NCBI GenBank assembly: GCA_937625935.1
Contig: OW569346.1
Span: forward strand, 186,001 to 250,000
Direction of reading: 5' to 3'
DNA: 64,000 bases
From: Tetramitus jugosus
Lineage: Eukaryota > Protista > Heterolobosea
Shown here: in pieces, positions 47,042 through 59,435 of the stretch
How the letters are laid out: every line of letters begins with the position of its first letter
Position numbering within the stretch: the first letter of the stretch is position 1
Position numbers and translations under genes: made by a program
The notes under the pieces: model-generated
Told to the model about the DNA's origin: nothing
Databases searched by the model: none
What the model saw: the letters and a program-made list of their open reading frames with translations, nothing else

Positions 47042-50000
47042 TTATTTGTGAGTGATTCGAGGAAGATAGTAATGTTTCTCAACTGCACTGACCAATTCAT
47101 CGGTCTTAATAGGCTTGATTAAATATGCGTCCATTCCTGATTCTAAGGCCTCACTTACTTGTTCTTCTCGAGCATTTCCAGAAAGACCAATGATCACCAC
47201 TCGATCTCTGCCTAATTCTTTCTCTTTCTGACGTATATGCTTGGTTGCACAGAGTCCATCCATTAATGGCATCCGTATATCCATTAGGATAATTTGGATG
47301 TCAGAATGACTTTGATACAACTCTAGTGCTTCTATCCCGTTGTTGGCCACTCTACACGAGTGTCCCAAGTTTTCGAGAGCCTTCTTGAATATTCTTTGAT
47401 TGATGGTGTTGTCTTCCGTAATGAGAATGTTCAACTTTTCCTTTCTGCTCTCCGCGAGCTGTGTCATGGCAGAGCTCTTGTGTGATGGCTCTTCCAGCTG
47501 GCAGTCCACGGAAAATGAGAAACAAGTTCCCTCATTAGGAACACTCGTGACTTGTATTGAACCGCCCATGAGCTCAACCAGTGATTTCGTGATACATAAC
47601 CCTAACCCGCTTCCCGAGTAGTCTTCCTTATGTTCGAGCTGCTTGAAACGATTAAAGAGCTGACTTGTCTCACTCTTGCTCATACCGATACCTGTGTCTT
47701 GAATCGAAAAACATAGAGACGGCTTACTGCTCCTATCCACACTCACAGATATTGAGATCGAACCGTTAGAAACGTTATACTTGATCGAGTTACTTAAAAG
47801 ATTGATGACCACTTGTGTTATCCTTCCTATGTCAGCCACTACTACTTGATCAGGATCTAAATATTGAACAGAGAGAGACAATCCCTCTCTTTCAATTTCG
47901 ACCTGAAACATGCGAACAATTGAATGGAGCATTTCATTGATATGAAAGGGTGATGGACGCAAGGGAATAGGAGAGGATGAGTCAAGCTTACTGAGCAATA
48001 ACACATCATCTGCGATATTCTTCTGATGTCTCGTACAGATATCTATAGAATCCACACACTCTTTAAGTGCATACAAGTCCGATTGAGCCGCAGAGCTATC
48101 CCTCAATTTCTCTTCCAATGATTTGACAATCGATCCCATTGCTTCCAAATTTCCAAACACCCCACTCAGAGGATTTCTAATTTCGTGACACACTCTGTCA
48201 ATAAAGTCCTCCTGTTTCCTTTGGAAAATCTCTGCTTCCCGTGCTCGTTTTCGCTGGATTTCTGCAATCTTTTCTGCAGCTTCCATCTGAGCCTGGAAGA
48301 ATCTTGCATTCTCCAAAGAGATTGCTACCTGTGACACAACAAAAGATAGGACTTGTTGTCTCTGTTCATTAAACGCTCCACTCATTAAGTTGTTCTCCAG
48401 ATAGAGTAGTCCCTTGAGTTCATCTTGACGAACAATTGGCATACACAATATTGATTTACACTTGTTTGCATCAATGTATGGATGGTTTTTGAATTGTTGA
48501 CTGTCTTGTATCGCATCGTGCAAAATAATCGTTTCCTTTGTTCTCGATACGTATTCAATAATAGAACGACAACCATATCTCCATTCGGCCAATGGTATGT
48601 TGCATAGGGTTTCAATGCGCGCAGTTGATTCATCAGCTCCTTGCTGTCTGTAGTAAGCTTCAACAATATTGTCAATGATTAAAGCACCTGTTTCAGCTCC
48701 ACTCGTCTCCGTAATTATTTTCATCACATTAAACAGCAACTGCTTCATATCTATCGTACTGGATATAACTTGACTTGCTCGGACAACTGTATCGATATCC
48801 AATAGAGCTAATGAGAGATCGGAAGTCGAAGCTCGAGAGCTACTCGATCCATAAGCCTCTGTCTTGGAATAATCCATAGAAATGAGATTTCTGTGTATTG
48901 CTTGTAAGAGGTCAACTTTCCTTGTAGCACCCCACAAATCAAATGTCTTGCAAGCCTGGTCAAGATAGTGCTTTGCCAGATGAGGCTTGTTCTTTGACAA
49001 CAAAAATTGTCCGGCCAATTCATTGGCAATCGCTCCCTCTGATGTAAATCCTTGAACCTGAGCGACTTCAATTGCACGATCGTACAAGTCTAATGCATCC
49101 CAATCACCATCCAGTCGCTTCACCTCTGCCTCTATCAGCAAAAATTTATTCTCAAAGTTCTCCGAGCAATTCTGAACCCAGTCTTTAATGAGCTCTCGAT
49201 TCTTATTAAGTTTCTCCAATAGAACCCCCTTGTTGAAATGGGAAAAGGAATTGATGTTGTGCAATAACTTGCAAATGATTAGCGTTTCGTATAGACGATG
49301 TATGATTAAAGTAGATAATCCCGTCATGTATCGAATGTAATTATCAGTCGCATCTGAAATTAAATCATATGCAGTTTCAATGTCCTGATCATAGATGTAA
49401 AGTAGTATCGCTTTGTAAATGATCCAGTGACCATTCGCATAGAGTGATTTCGTTTCAACTAAAAATTTATCATTCTCGGCAAATTGATCTTCAATGCTCA
49501 TATGATATGGATATCTCCTACCCATCAAATGATACATCATCAATTGTTCCGCTTTCAAAGAATCCATACCCATTTGATTTTGAATGCCTTTCAAAAATAC
49601 AAGCATCTTGTCCAGTTCGCTCACAATAATATTGATGGGTTCTCCACGTATATAGTAAATCGATCCAATAGAAAATCGCCCATAACCCGCATACTGCAGT
49701 TCACCACTCTCCAAACCATACTTGTATCCAATGCTGATATAAACTTCGGAGTGTCGCACATGGTGAAACCAGGGAACCACCATCGTTCCAAACACATTAT
49801 ACACCTTACACTTTTGTACACCATTTCCAACAATCTCACACAGAGTGACAGCTAACTTTCCAAATTTGTAACCAAGAATTTGATCACGATGATTGTTGCT
49901 ATTAATCAAAGAAACTCCATAAAACATGTAACACAATGGAGTATCCGGTAGCCAACCGTCTTCAAGAGATTGACGCACAGTTTTTGTTACAATCAGACCG

Positions 50001-53000
50001 AATAGAGTTGGATCCCACATGTAGGCAGCTGCCAGCATTATTACTAATGTTTTGAGAGCTGTCGCGCGTGTTCCATGAGTGATTTGACATAGATGATCAG
50101 CCAATGAACTCAGTTGAGGATCTTCACCAAATCTTTCGTGGAGAATTCTTTGGATCACAGATGATTCATCTTGAATCGACTTTTGCACATTAATGACACC
50201 TTCAGCTAGCTCTACTCCAAGGATCTTCAAGGAAATTCTGCCAACATCGATGGCTTCTTTCAAATTTCCCAATAGCTGCAACTGTAGTGCCCTAATATTG
50301 TACACCTCAACTTTCTCAATATCTGAACTGACGTGCTCCAATAACAAGTCGAGAGTTTCATCCGACTTTTGATACTGAGAACTCAAATAATAGACCTCAG
50401 CCATCTCTTTGTGCAATTGAAATCCTACATCGTAATGAGTGTCCCACTGATCCGTATACCTACCTAAGAAATTAAAGCATTGAACACCTGATGTGATATA
50501 TTCTAATGCTACAGTGTACGCAGTTCTCTTTTTTGCGGTTTGTCCTGCCTTTAAGTTGATGTTGGCTAATTGTTCTATTTCATCGGTCCTTCCCTCTCCG
50601 TCATCCTGAAACAATAACTGTTTGGCTTGATTGAAGTGATCCGCTATTTCACATATATTTTCATCCACTGTGGAACTCTCATTGTGCATCTTCCATAATG
50701 TACGAGCAAATTTCCAATGAATTGTCTGCCTCTCTTGAAGCGAAAATTGAGAGTAGGCAGCCTCTTGAACTCTATCATGAGCAAACCTAAACGTTTCACC
50801 TACTATATTAACGAATCCGTTGTTCAGAGCAGGACACAAATCATCCATTAAGGTACTTCGATACTGGCCAGATAAAAGTTCCAATTTCGAAAGATAAAAC
50901 GAATTACCAAGGCAACTAGCCAACTGCAACAGCATCTTGGTCTTTCCTGAGAATTGATTGATACGATGAACCATTAAATCAATGACATTATCTGCTGCCG
51001 GAAAGTTTAACTCTCTCACATCATATTCCCATCTGTCGTCCTTGTAATAAATGACTTGTTTTTCATACAGAGTTTGAAGGAGTTGTTTCACAAAAAAAGG
51101 ATTTCCATCACATCGGGCATACACAAAATCAGTCAATGCTTTGGAATCCTCCAGTGATGAATTCAGAGTATCACTAATCCATTGATGCACATCTGCAAAA
51201 GCCAACGGAGTTAATACAATCTCTTGCACCGGTATATCATCCTTCTTCATCTCTTCCAGCGCAATCATGGCAGGACAAGATGGATTCACCTCGTTATCTC
51301 TATAGGCACCAATGAATAACATGTTTCTCACATTGGGATTCTTGAGTAGAACTTGCAATAGAATCATTGATTCGGTGTCTGCCCATTGTAGATCATCAAG
51401 AAACAGAACAATATGACTCTTTTTTGTAAACACACTCACAAAGTCTTGAAATACTAAGGTAAACCTATTCTTTGTTTCAATGAGACCAATGTCATCATGC
51501 ACTTGTTCTTGTCGTCCAATAATTTTCTCTAGTTCAGGTATAATATTTACAATAAGTTGTCCGTTCACTCCTAGGGCTTCAATCAACCGTTCTCTATACT
51601 CTGAAATAACGCTTTCAGGTTCGGCTAGTATTTGCTTAATCAGTGCTTGAAACGCTTCTGCTAAAGCACTGAGAACAATTGCTCTATTGTATTGATCAAA
51701 TTTTCCACTGATATATATTCCTCGATTCAAGGAGATGGGTTTTTCAATCTCTCTCACCTAAATAATGAAGACAAGGACAATACGGAAACGTTAGATGATT
51801 GAAACGAAAATGGATCAGATGATGGTATTTTCCATCAATTACCAACGTGATAAACGTACCAGCACCGATTTGCCTATGCCCGAATAACCTGAAACGGTCA
51901 ATACCTCAACCTTGTTCCACCTAGATCGCTCATAAGCGTCCTTCAATATACCAATCTCTTTGCTCCGACCATAAATCTTGTTCGGTATGATAAATTTCTC
52001 TGACATGTCGTTCTGTGCAATCGCAAAATAGTCAATTTTGTGATGATGCTCCCAATTGTCTCTGCACCTCCGTAAGTCTCTCAACAGTCCTGAACTGCTC
52101 TGATACCGATCCTCTGGATTCTTGTTCAACAGCTTCATGATGATATCGGACAATACTCGTGGCACAGTGCGTCTGCAACTCGTTTCCTGCTTGGACACTT
52201 CAATGGGACTCATGGGCTCCACTGCCAAATGACAGTACACTAAATCACGGGCGTCCGTCGTACTACTAAACGGCAATCGACCCAGTAACAATTGATAGAA
52301 GGTGCATCCAGTCATATAGAAATCACTCCGATAGTCAACGTTGCGATTCATGCGCCCTGTTTGCTCCGGTGATATGTATCCCAGTGTTCCCTCGAGCTTC
52401 AAATCCTTCATGTTCACTTCTCTGAGCTGTGTCGCATTCCCAAAGTCAATCACTTTGACTTGCCTGGTACGAGTATTGATACATATGTTGTCCGGTTTGA
52501 TATCTCGATGAATCGTGTTGTTCCGGTGCATTTCACTCAGTGCCTTTGATACTTGGATCGCAATGGGAAGAAAATCGGATATCGTTAATCCGTCTGGTGG
52601 TATAATGTTCGACAGGCTCTCACCTCCAAAATCGCCCATGATAATAATGGCTGTTGCGTGCAATTGATTCTGACTTAACAGTGAATTGCATCGCATTAAC
52701 CAGTAGCGAGCACTATAGTTTGATTGTTGTTTTGTTTGAGCATCCTTGCTTGCTGCAACAGTGATGGTGGTTGGCAGAGAAGAGGAGGAAGAGATGGATG
52801 AAGATGACGATGAAGAAGAAGCAGATGAAGATGATGATGGTGATTGAACAGTGTGAGAGGGCAGAGGTGTTGCTTGTAGTTGTGTGTGTTGCTCTACGAA
52901 TTGTTGTTGAATCACAGCAGAGGTCGTAGCAGCGGTCGTAGCTGCTTTAGATGAAGAGCTATGATCGATGACTGCTGCTGCTGTTGTTGTTGTTGATGTT

Positions 53001-53257
53001 GATGTCGTCATACTTGTGTTGCTGGTATGGTCGTCGTCCTCCATGACTCGACTATCCATATAGATATCATAATAGTCGAGAAAGGAAACAATGTGTTTGC
53101 AATGACGCAGCGAATAACCAATTTCGAACTCTCTCCTGAATCGATCAATGTTTCGTTGGTCCGTGTAGCGCGAGATCAATGTTTTGAGAATGAGCTTGTT
53201 GCGAGCGACTCGAAATGTAACACTCTGTCGCCCCTGGTTCAAAATCTCAATCTTCAT
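47042..53257 (-). CDS. Hybrid Ser/Thr kinase - AAA ATPase - GAF - histidine kinase - receiver protein; exons 53257-51860, 51757-47042
   Basis: HRDIKPDN/DFG/SPEQTGRMNR kinase; Walker A GYSGIGKS; LFLDDLQWAD; GAF SILCMPI...LYLENN; H-box CHEIRNPL; NLLSNSIKY, DTGIG, GSGLGL; receiver EDN...MDIRMP...KP. Confidence 0.92.
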
Positions 53258-53564
53258 TTTCGCTTGCTGGTGTTGGTGTTGGTGTTGGTGTTTTTTGGAA
53301 AGAGAGTGTTGTGTGTTTTTGACGGTTCTATTGATATGACGATCGACGTTGTTGATGAGATTGGTGTTGTGCGAACTCTTCACTGCGCAGGGTACGCGGC
53401 CATTCCATCGCAGATCTTCCACTAAAAAAAGCGCGCCATACCAAAACAATGCTGATTCCCGGAATAGGAAAGGTTTGAACGACAGAATTCTCGATTTCAC
53501 TGAAACATGAAGTGACGGAAATGACAAACGGAATGGTAAAAATTAAATGATATGTTCAACCAAT

Positions 53565-55039
53565 TTACTCATCTTGTGGTTCATCGCTAGTAAAAGTGTA
53601 CTCAACGTACTTTTCAACAGTAATGAGACGACGGTGTGTTTTCGAGTTCATCTCATCGCAACAGTTGCTCACTAGCCTGAGACACTTGTTTGTTGGTAGG
53701 TCACTCTCTTGGAATTGTGGTGTTGTAGGATACCAGTACACGAGTCGACCACCCATGACAAGTGCCTTTGCAGCAAACTCCAACAAGTCAAACATCAACT
53801 CTTGCACATCATACACCTCTGTAGCAGGTATGTGATCCAATTGAAACTCTTCTGGCACTGGTTTGGCATCTGCTCTTCCCACACGCCTCGCACCAGCACG
53901 AATACCATATGGAGGATCACAAATAATTGCATCAAATAGGCCTCCTCTGTAATGCTTGGCATTCGCGAATCGCCACACATGAATCTGGTTCATATCCACT
54001 CGAACCAGATCCAAACCAGCTTTCGAAGACAGATTGTATTGATCAAAATTGGACTCAATGTTAATCTTCCCGAGATGGTCTCTGTTCATTTCGATCGAAT
54101 GCTCCTTTCTTCTCCATTGTTCCTTCTTCTTCTTCTTTTTTGGTGCAGATGTATCCTTGCCTCTCAACACTCTGAAATCAATGTCACTTCCCATGACATG
54201 AGCACCGAATCGTGCCGCAGACACGATCAATGACCCAGTTCCCACAAATGGATCAATCACTAGACTATTGTTCTTGACGAGCGCTTGATTCGCAACCAAA
54301 AACGACAATGTCGCACTCATCGAAGTCGTTCCAATGTAATGCCTTCTCTTGAGTTCATATTCACCCACCAGGAATCTCGAAGATCCACCAATGAATCGTG
54401 TAAACAAGCACCGTTTCAACTGAGAACCAGTGTCATGAGTCGCCTTCTTGTAATCTTCCAAGATGTGAAATTCGTGTTGCGCTTCCTTCAATCGTATTTG
54501 ACCTCTCCATGGCAAGTGCTTGAATCGGTTCATGATCTGCACCTTGTCTTCATATGTGTGCTTGTGACCATTCGCTTCCACTTCCAACTTGAATTTCACA
54601 TCAGGTCCCATGTACGGCTCCAAATTCACTTCGCCTTGCTCTTCTACATATTTCTCAACCAACGGTATCAATTGCTCGTGACTTGTTGTGTCTGCCCAGA
54701 CATCATACACGCCTCTGTTATATATATATATATATACATATACATCACATAATGATCATTTGTTTTGCACACGTGTGTGAATAAATTTTCCATACGCAAA
54801 TGATGATTTCAGTTATGATTCTTGTCAACAACAGATACATACTTGATCAATACTGCTCTCGAGACAACATTCTTTGCATCCTGTTCGCTCGGAAACTTGA
54901 CGTACAAATAGATGGATTCACGGTTGAATTCGCTTGCGTCGTATTCGATGGGTACGTTGAACAATTGGGCACAACTATCTAATTCGGCCAATCGAAAATT
55001 GAAATGATCCAAATAAAACACAACCAAATAAGTCTTCAT
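53565..55039 (-). CDS. TRMT11: tRNA (guanine-10-N2)-methyltransferase TRM11; exons 55039-54843, 54714-53565
   Basis: FRLAELDS N-terminus, RHYIGTTSM, DPFVGTGS, GSDID, FDAIICDPPYGIR, GGRLVYW; intron 54715-54842. Confidence 0.92.
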
Positions 55040-55312
55040 TTTTGATGTTTTGCAGATTGTTTCTTCGTTCTGCTCGCGTGTTGTTTCTTGTTTGTGGTGA
55101 ACGGAGTTTCTCTTCTCAAATTGCATCGTGCAATCGCCTGATTGAACATTCATTTAAAATCTTGAGTTTGAGTTCCGCATATTTGCCCCGTTTGTACACT
55201 GTCGCACTCCGCACAAAAACCCCTTGGTCAAATCTGACTCCTCTCTAGAGCGACCATTTCACACAACAAACAACGACCAACACGAGCCAAACGATAACAA
55301 CAACAACAACAA

Positions 55313-56894
55313 ATGACAACTGAAAACAACATTGAACAACAAGAAACAAGGAGAAAGTTGCCAGTCACTCTATTGAGTGGTTTTCTAGGTGCGGGCAAGG
55401 TTTGTACTACACCAACACCACTACCACCAATCACTACTGAACGAATGAATGAATTTCATCCTTTCACATTCACACGTATGAGGTACTAACTCTATCATTA
55501 CATTGAAAATGCAGACAACTCTATTGAAACACATTCTCCAGAACAGAGAAGGTCTCAAAGTGGCAGTCATTGTCAATGATATGGCCGAATTGAACATTGA
55601 TGCTGAATTGATCAAGAATTCAAAGGATATTTCTCTGAAACAAACAGAAGAAAAGTTGGTTCAAATGCAAAATGGATGCATTTGTTGTACGCTCAGAGAG
55701 GATTTGTTGCGTGAAGTATATGAACTCGCAAAGCAAGAAAAATTTGATTATTGTGTGATTGAGAGCACTGGTATTTCTGAACCGATGCAAGTCGCAGAAA
55801 CATTTACCTTTTCATTGGGTGATGATGATGAAGATGACGATGACGAAGATGACGAAGATGAAGATGAACATGATCACGACCACCATGATCATGAACACTG
55901 TGATGATCACAATCACGACCACCATGATGAAGAAGGTGGAGATGTTGTCAATTTTATCTTGTCCGATGTTGCTCAATTGGATACTTGTGTCACTGTTGTC
56001 GATGCTGTCAATTTTTATACCGATTTGAAATCAGTGGAAACATTGAAGCAAAAGTATGGTGATGAGAAGGTGGAGGACGAAGATGATAGAAACATTGCAA
56101 AGCTCTTGATTGATCAAATTGAATTTTCTGATGTCGTCTTGTTGAACAAGTGCGATTTGATGGGCGAGTTTGAATTGAATCAAATTGAAGCCATGATCAA
56201 GAAATTGAACCCTGTGGCCAAATTGGTGAGAACGGTGAAATCCGTTGTTCCTCTCCGCGAAATTTTGAGCACTGGTCTATTCAGTTTCGACAAGGCTGCA
56301 ACGAGCGCAGGATGGCTCAAGGAAATCAAGGGCGAACACACCCCAGAGACACTCGAATACGGAATTTCGAGCTTCATCTACAGAAGAAGGAAACCTTTCC
56401 ACTCTGAAAAATTGTACTCATTGTTGTATGAGGAGAAGAGCTTTACGACGAATCACGGTATTCTGAGATCAAAGGGATTTGTCTGGTTGTGCACGAGACC
56501 TGATTTCTGTGGTGAATGGGAACAAGCTGGATCTATTGTCACTTTGGCCGACGGTGGAAAATTCTTTGGTGCTTTGAGTCAAGAGACGTGGGATGCGTTT
56601 GATGAGGAGATTACTGCAAGCATCAAGGCTGATTGCGAAGGTGTGTACATGGATCGAAGACAGGAAATTGTGATCATTGGTCAGGATTTGAACAGAGAAA
56701 ACATTGAGAAAATGTTGGACGAATGTCTGGTGGACGAGGAGTTGTTTGCTGTTGGACCTCCAGGATGGACCGCAGGTCACATTGAAGACAAGTTTGAAGA
56801 ATGGGGAGAGGAAGAAGAAGAAGAAGATGACGAAGAAGGTGATGATGAGGAGGACGGCGACGAAGATGATGATGAAGAAGAAGAAGAAAATTAA
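55313..56894 (+). CDS. COG0523/CobW-family metal-chaperone GTPase with CobW_C domain; exons 55313-55399, 55515-56894
   Basis: LPVTLLSGFLGAGK|TT across intron 55400-55514, VIVNDMAELNIDA, NGCICC, ESTG, NKCD, RRRKPFH, LRSKG, RQEIVIIG. Confidence 0.92.
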
Positions 56895-56934
56895 ATCATT
56901 CGTCAATATTGATTCTACTACGATACTTGTTGTT

Positions 56935-57621
56935 TTATTCTTGAGGAGTCGATGATTCATCATTGTCGTCTTCTTGTTGTTGCGACACTTGTTCCTCCTG
57001 ATCAGAGGACACTGGTGTTTGCTCTGCTGCTTCTTCCAATTGTTGTTGCTGATCATGATCAGATGATTCATTCAACGGAACAGACTCACTTGTTATTGTT
57101 GTTGCTGTAGGTGACAGTGGTGATAATGGTACAGTTTCTAATGTTGATGCAATGGCGTCAGTTGCACTTGTCGATGCAAGCATTTGTTGTTGCAAATGTT
57201 CAATCATGGCTTCTCTCTCTTGCAATTTCTCTTCCATTCGCTGCTTCTCAGTGTTCATCTTGTTCTTCAACTCGTCCAACTCTCGTTCGAGCACTCGCTT
57301 CTCATCGTTCACTTCTTCCAACTTGTTTGAAAAGTTGATTTCCAGTTCGGAGATGACAGCCTTTTGTTCCTCTTCCTTCTTCTCATCAAGAACATTCTTT
57401 TTTAGTTCTTTGTAGAGTGTATCGTACAGGTATTCCAATGGTTGTTCATGCTTTTGTGTGAAGGATGCGTGGAGTGCGCGTTGAAGGAATTGACGCAGTG
57501 AAGAAGATTCCAAATAGTTGATGACTTCTTCTTTGGAAGAGGTTGTTTTTGTTGTTGTTGTTGTGGTTGCGTCACCCTTGTTGGTGGTAGCGGTGGTGGA
57601 CTTTGTTGGTGTGCTTGCCAT
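56935..57621 (-). CDS. Coiled-coil protein with Dpy-30/RIIa-like docking motif
   Basis: YLESSSLRQFLQRALHASFTQKHEQPLEYL followed by a heptad-rich region; ATG at 57621. Confidence 0.55.
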   Translation of the reverse strand: MASTPTKSTTATTNKGDATTTTTTKTTSSKEEVINYLESSSLRQFLQRALHASFTQKHEQPLEYLYDTLYKELKKNVLDEKKEEEQKAVISELEINFSNKLEEVNDEKRVLERELDELKNKMNTEKQRMEEKLQEREAMIEHLQQQMLASTSATDAIASTLETVPLSPLSPTATTITSESVPLNESSDHDQQQQLEEAAEQTPVSSDQEEQVSQQQEDDNDESSTPQE

Positions 57622-57860
57622 TGTGTTGTTGATTTGTTCTTTTTGTTCGAGGATTGGCGGGAGTTTTGTGTTCGCCAAGTCGGAGCATCAACCAGTTGGT
57701 GGAACATTTCATCTTGTAATCCATTGGAAATTTAGATTCTTAAAATAGATGTCTTGTTTGTGACCGAAGATCAACAATCGAAGGCGGCCAATCCCAAACA
57801 ACAAAGAAAAATTCGATCGAACACCATCTATTGTATCATATCATAAAACAGCAACACAAA

Positions 57861-59382
57861 ATGGCAGATATATTCTTATCCAATTTGGCTCAACGAGTTC
57901 CATCTCAAGCCGCACTATTGTCAGAGATTTCTGATCTCTTTTCGAAAAAGTACGAAATGAACAATATGAGCTTTTTGCTTTTTTTATTGTAGTGGCGGCT
58001 ATACTATACTTGATGTGTGTCTATGTTTCGAACTACAAACGATACTTGTGTGCTCTTGTGATCCCAACAACAATTGGAACAAACAGTGCATCATCAACCG
58101 GAGAGATAATCAATCTGATTGATCGATTGGTTGTTGGATCTCAGCTTGCATTAATTTTGTTATGCAACAAAGAAAAGGAGACACCAAGACACACATGTAT
58201 TATCGTAGTAGCAAACAACAACAACAACAACCCATCATGTTCCGCTACTTGTCGTTTTTTTTTCGCTGTTATTGACATGGATTGGCCTGTATTTACTCAC
58301 ACGTACATTACATTAGATTATGGTACAATATTACAGACAAGGTCGAAGAGTTTGTGCGCACCAAGGATCTATCGAGTGACTTGAGCATGGAGTTCTATGA
58401 AAAGTTTCTCAAAGAATTCGAATTGAATATGAATTTGTTGCGATTGGCACAGATTGTTGTCATTATTTCTTCTAAATTGACTGATGGTGCAAGAGCCATC
58501 CAATTCCTCGAGAGTGTCTACACCAAGGTGGAAACAAAGAAGAACAATGAAGCACTTGTCATCTTGCTCGTTCAAATTGCATTGTGGCAATTGAAGACTG
58601 GTGACTCTGTTGCATGCAAGAAGACACTGGACAAAGCAAGGGATCTGATTGATAAGACGGGTTATGTGGACAATGTGGTCAACGCGAGCTACTATCGTGC
58701 CATATCAGACTATTTTATGGCAGTGGATGAACCGAATGAATTCTATAAGAATGCACTGCTCTTTTTGGCCTACACTCCGATTGAGAATATTGAATTTGTT
58801 TCACAGCAGGCATTGGCATTTGATTTGGGTATTGCAGCACTGTTGGGTGATCACATTTACAACTTTGGAGAATTGTTGAGTCATCCAGTGATCGAATCAC
58901 TGAATGGTTCTCAAGCCGAATGGCTCGTCAAGTTGCTGTTCGCTTTCAACAGAGGCTCCATCCAAGAGTATCAACGAGTGAATCAAACATATCAATCGCA
59001 GATTGATTCTAGCCCTGTTCTCCAACAAAGAAAAACCTTCTTGCAGGAGAAGATGCAATTGATGGCTATCATGGAACTTGTTTTCTCACGACCAGCCAAC
59101 AACAGAACCATTCCATTTGTTGATGTGCAACAAGCAACAGGTGCCAATAGTTTGGATCTCGTGGAACCAATGCTACTCAAGGCATTGGCCTACGATCTCA
59201 TTAGAGGCAAGATTGATGGTGTTGGACAAACAATCAGCGTCACATGGGCACAACCAAGAGTGTTGGACAAGAGCCAGATTAGCAACTTGCAAGTTAAGGT
59301 GTCCAGCTGGTTAGACAAGGTGAATCAAACATTGACTTTCCTGGAGGAACAGGGATCAGACGAATTTATTGTTGCCAACTAA
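57861..59382 (+). CDS. PSMD13: 26S proteasome lid subunit RPN9 (PSMD13); exons 57861-57949, 58317-59382
   Basis: FSK|KLWYNIT across intron 57950-58316; FYKNALLFLAY, IYNFGELLSHP, PCI domain with WAQPRVLD. Confidence 0.94.
57989..58250 (+). ncRNA. Candidate structured RNA within RPN9 intron 1
   Basis: Nested complementary segments (57991-57998/58242-58249; 58013-58022/58187-58196; 58060-58076/58124-58140; hairpin 58146-58167). Confidence 0.35.
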
Positions 59383-59435
59383 AAAACCCTATCATAAACA
59401 CACTATTTTTAACTTCAAAACAACCAAACATTCCA

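Noticed and set aside
57992-58384. 130-aa ORF inside the RPN9 locus
   Set aside because: GTG start, lies mostly in the intron, out of frame with RPN9, no protein-like features.
14656-59382. UBA1, RING protein, HECT ligase and RPN9 as a physical ubiquitin cluster
   Set aside because: Dispersed, and these gene classes are abundant enough to co-occur by chance.
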